From a virus, in the IMG/VR virus record IMGVR_UViG_3300044971_003869: a DNA stretch of 22,166 nt; one strand, 5' to 3'. A model generated the notes under the pieces. It did not search any database. It was given only the letters and a program-made list of their open reading frames with translations, and was not told the origin of the DNA. The position numbers and the translations under genes were made by a program. Position 1 is the first letter of the stretch; the number at the start of each line of letters is the position of its first letter. This document shows, in pieces, positions 20,245 to 22,166 of this stretch.

Positions 20245-20917
20245 TGGGGAACGTAAACTTTCTATACATCCCTATATCATCATAGGGAAGTCTTCTTCTT
20301 GTAACTATATTGGTCAAAATGCTCTGATCATGCCTATGGTCTTTAAATAAATCATGATTTTGTAAGCCAGAAACATTTTCTGCGTCAGTCAATATTCTAG
20401 CATCCTTGCAGTATTCTAGCCACTCTTGAAGTATCTCTTTAGATTTAATATTAACTGTCCAGTAAGAAACTCCAGCTTCTAACTGTGGAGCGTTCCAGTA
20501 CATCTCACTATCACAATCCATGTATACGAAGCAGTCTTTTTTTGTCCATGTTGCGTTGTGATTCCCATAAGAAATAAATAAGCAGCTTGAATATGTTAAA
20601 TGTGATTCTATCGCTTCAGTTATTGACTGACCATCAACCTCTGAAAAAAATAAGTCTCCACTATCAATATAGAATACTACATCTCCATCTTTGGCTTTAT
20701 TCATTGCGTCAAGAATAATGTAAGGCTTCCATAGCCAGTATCCTAATCCTCTTGGCTGATCCAGTATGGATTTATTTTGTTCATAAAATTCTGTTTTTTT
20801 TAACCAATCATGAGTATAAGAATGGCAGACAAACCCAATACTCTTACCTTGTTCGGAAAGCGCATCTTGTTTTTGTTTGAATTTTTCATCCGCAAATGTA
20901 ACTAAGTGCCAAGTCAT
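20237..20917 (-). CDS. putative GT-A-like glycosyltransferase, 226 aa (tentative)
   Basis: GYWLWKPYII, VVFYIDSGD (DxD-like) and HRHDQSIL resemble uncharacterised sugar-transferase families in polysaccharide loci. Operon context supports this. The family is not firmly identified. Confidence 0.6.
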   Translation of the reverse strand: MTWHLVTFADEKFKQKQDALSEQGKSIGFVCHSYTHDWLKKTEFYEQNKSILDQPRGLGYWLWKPYIILDAMNKAKDGDVVFYIDSGDLFFSEVDGQSITEAIESHLTYSSCLFISYGNHNATWTKKDCFVYMDCDSEMYWNAPQLEAGVSYWTVNIKSKEILQEWLEYCKDARILTDAENVSGLQNHDLFKDHRHDQSILTNIVTRRRLPYDDIGMYRKFTFPNA

Positions 20918-20920
20918 TAT

Positions 20921-21508
20921 CTACTCATTATTCGCTATAAAATAACAACAGTCTGCTAAGTGAAAGATCGTAATTGTTCCACCTACATACAATTTTATGT
21001 CAGTATTTGGAAAATGTTTTTTAAATAGATCTAAAGTTAATGAATGTGGATGGCACTCGTTGATATCAGTATTGATTGGCTCAAATACTCTTACTTTTTT
21101 TGCTACTTTCTTAGACTTCTCTAAGCAAAGTTCTGGATCTATGGTGTGCTGTAAGAAGTTAATGAACCATACTTCATCAAAAACTTCATCAGAATCCCAT
21201 TCTTCAAATGGCTTAGTAAACGGGACTATGTTATATTGATTCCAGTGATTCTTTATTTCATCAGTGAAGTTGTCATATAAAGGTTCTACTCCAACTGTTG
21301 TGCCAGCTCCAGCAATAGCAGCCAGTGGGTAAGGACCACATCCAACTTCCAATATCTTTTTTCCAGATATATCTAAAATACTATCTTCAAAAAAATCAAA
21401 ATAAAAGTTTAAAAACCTATTTGCTTCTTCTATATTTGTCGACAATGCGTGAACATCTAACTCTGCTTTTTGAGCTTGGTTCCATCTATCTTGTGTTATC
21501 TTTTCCAT
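20921..21508 (-). CDS. class I SAM-dependent methyltransferase
   Basis: Motif I ILEVGCGPYP followed by an acidic motif II-like VGVEP. TAATG overlap with the upstream gene. Confidence 0.7.
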   Translation of the reverse strand: MEKITQDRWNQAQKAELDVHALSTNIEEANRFLNFYFDFFEDSILDISGKKILEVGCGPYPLAAIAGAGTTVGVEPLYDNFTDEIKNHWNQYNIVPFTKPFEEWDSDEVFDEVWFINFLQHTIDPELCLEKSKKVAKKVRVFEPINTDINECHPHSLTLDLFKKHFPNTDIKLYVGGTITIFHLADCCYFIANNE

Positions 21509-22166
21509 TAAAACAAACTTTCTATTTTATTAAGGAATTCTTGAGCTACATGATAGTAGGTTCCTTTTTCCTTTGCGTACTTTATTCCAAGAACTTGCTT
21601 TGCTAGTCTTTCTTTTTCATTTTTTGAATAAAGTTCTACTGCAGATTCTAAATGATCATAATTCTCCACGTATACCACAACCCCATCAGTAGCTTCTTCC
21701 GCCACTTTACAGTCCGATACTACAACACATCCGTATGCTAGCCCTTCAAATATTCTTTCAGTAGGAAGACCTAGCTTAGCATTTGAATCTGAGTTAAAAC
21801 CAAGTGATATCTTAGAAGATAAAAATCCGTTGTTAATTCTAGATTCTTCATCTAGTGTTGGCCAATAATAATGTACAAAGCAGTTGTATTTTTGAGAGAG
21901 TTGGTTAGTCCATTCCTCTTTATATCTAGCACCTACATAACCACAATCATATATATTGTTTCTTTTTTCCATTAAAGAATCTATTTCAAATGGATTAATA
22001 TCTGCAGAAAATGGTAACTTTACATAATTCTCTAAACCGGTGTACCAATCAATTAGGCCACCCCAATGGTTTCTTAAATCATCAGTAATATTTCTGTAAT
22101 GTTCACCAGTAAAGATATATTTTTTAAATGGAAAATCTATAGATTTGTCTAAATAATTTAACTTAT
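21508..22166 (-). CDS. glycosyltransferase, GT1-like C-terminal domain (CgeB/Glyco_trans_1_2-like), 5' end outside the window
   Basis: The frame stays open upstream of the ORF-track Met (21972) all the way to 22166 (…KLNYLDKSIDFPFKKYIFTGEHYRN…). The TERIFEGLAYGCVVVSD...VVYVENYDHLESAV pattern is present. Confidence 0.7.
   Translation of the reverse strand, partial: KLNYLDKSIDFPFKKYIFTGEHYRNITDDLRNHWGGLIDWYTGLENYVKLPFSADINPFEIDSLMEKRNNIYDCGYVGARYKEEWTNQLSQKYNCFVHYYWPTLDEESRINNGFLSSKISLGFNSDSNAKLGLPTERIFEGLAYGCVVVSDCKVAEEATDGVVVYVENYDHLESAVELYSKNEKERLAKQVLGIKYAKEKGTYYHVAQEFLNKIESLF

Overview
Densely coded, AT-rich, strand-switching window that reads as part of a tailed-phage or prophage genome. 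I saw no rRNA, CRISPR, transposase or integrase. Left third (1-6416): small genes (two Zn-ribbon proteins, a 45-aa basic ORF), one tRNA-Gly(UCC), and an RmlB-like sugar dehydratase. It also holds two isolated minus-strand genes (313 aa unknown; 479 aa with a thermolysin-like HELTH...NEPIS zinc site), a TAATG-coupled pair of paralogous 4-Cys (HiPIP-like) proteins, and a P4H-type 2OG-Fe(II) oxygenase. Middle (6418-12504, minus strand): host-recognition module with a 207-aa fibre-like protein, a low-GC orphan, an FN3-FN3-glycine-rich protein interrupted by a 1-nt frameshift, an 888-aa mosaic tail fibre with a beta-helix core, and an r1t-type holin-like gene. Right (12535-22166, minus strand): an 807-aa signal-peptide protein with a Thr/Pro mucin-like stalk, 17-aa acidic repeats and a Gly/Ser linker. 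Next comes a lysis cassette (LAS/M15 peptidase plus membrane proteins) ending in an intrinsic terminator. Last is an eight-gene translationally coupled glycan operon: GT25, GT11, FkbM methyltransferase, GDP-mannose-3,5-epimerase-like, GT2, GT-A-like, class I methyltransferase, and a GT1-like gene that runs off the window. The best candidate for an undescribed system is phage-encoded glycan synthesis or protein glycosylation machinery, possibly L-galactose based and methylated, combined with a proline-hydroxylase-like enzyme and a mucin-like secreted protein as a plausible substrate. A recurrent intergenic TTACTAT(A/T) motif and two SD-less genes with a -10 box exactly 7 nt from the ATG suggest -10-only (TANNNT-type) promoters. 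All functional calls come from motif recognition by eye; no database search was run.
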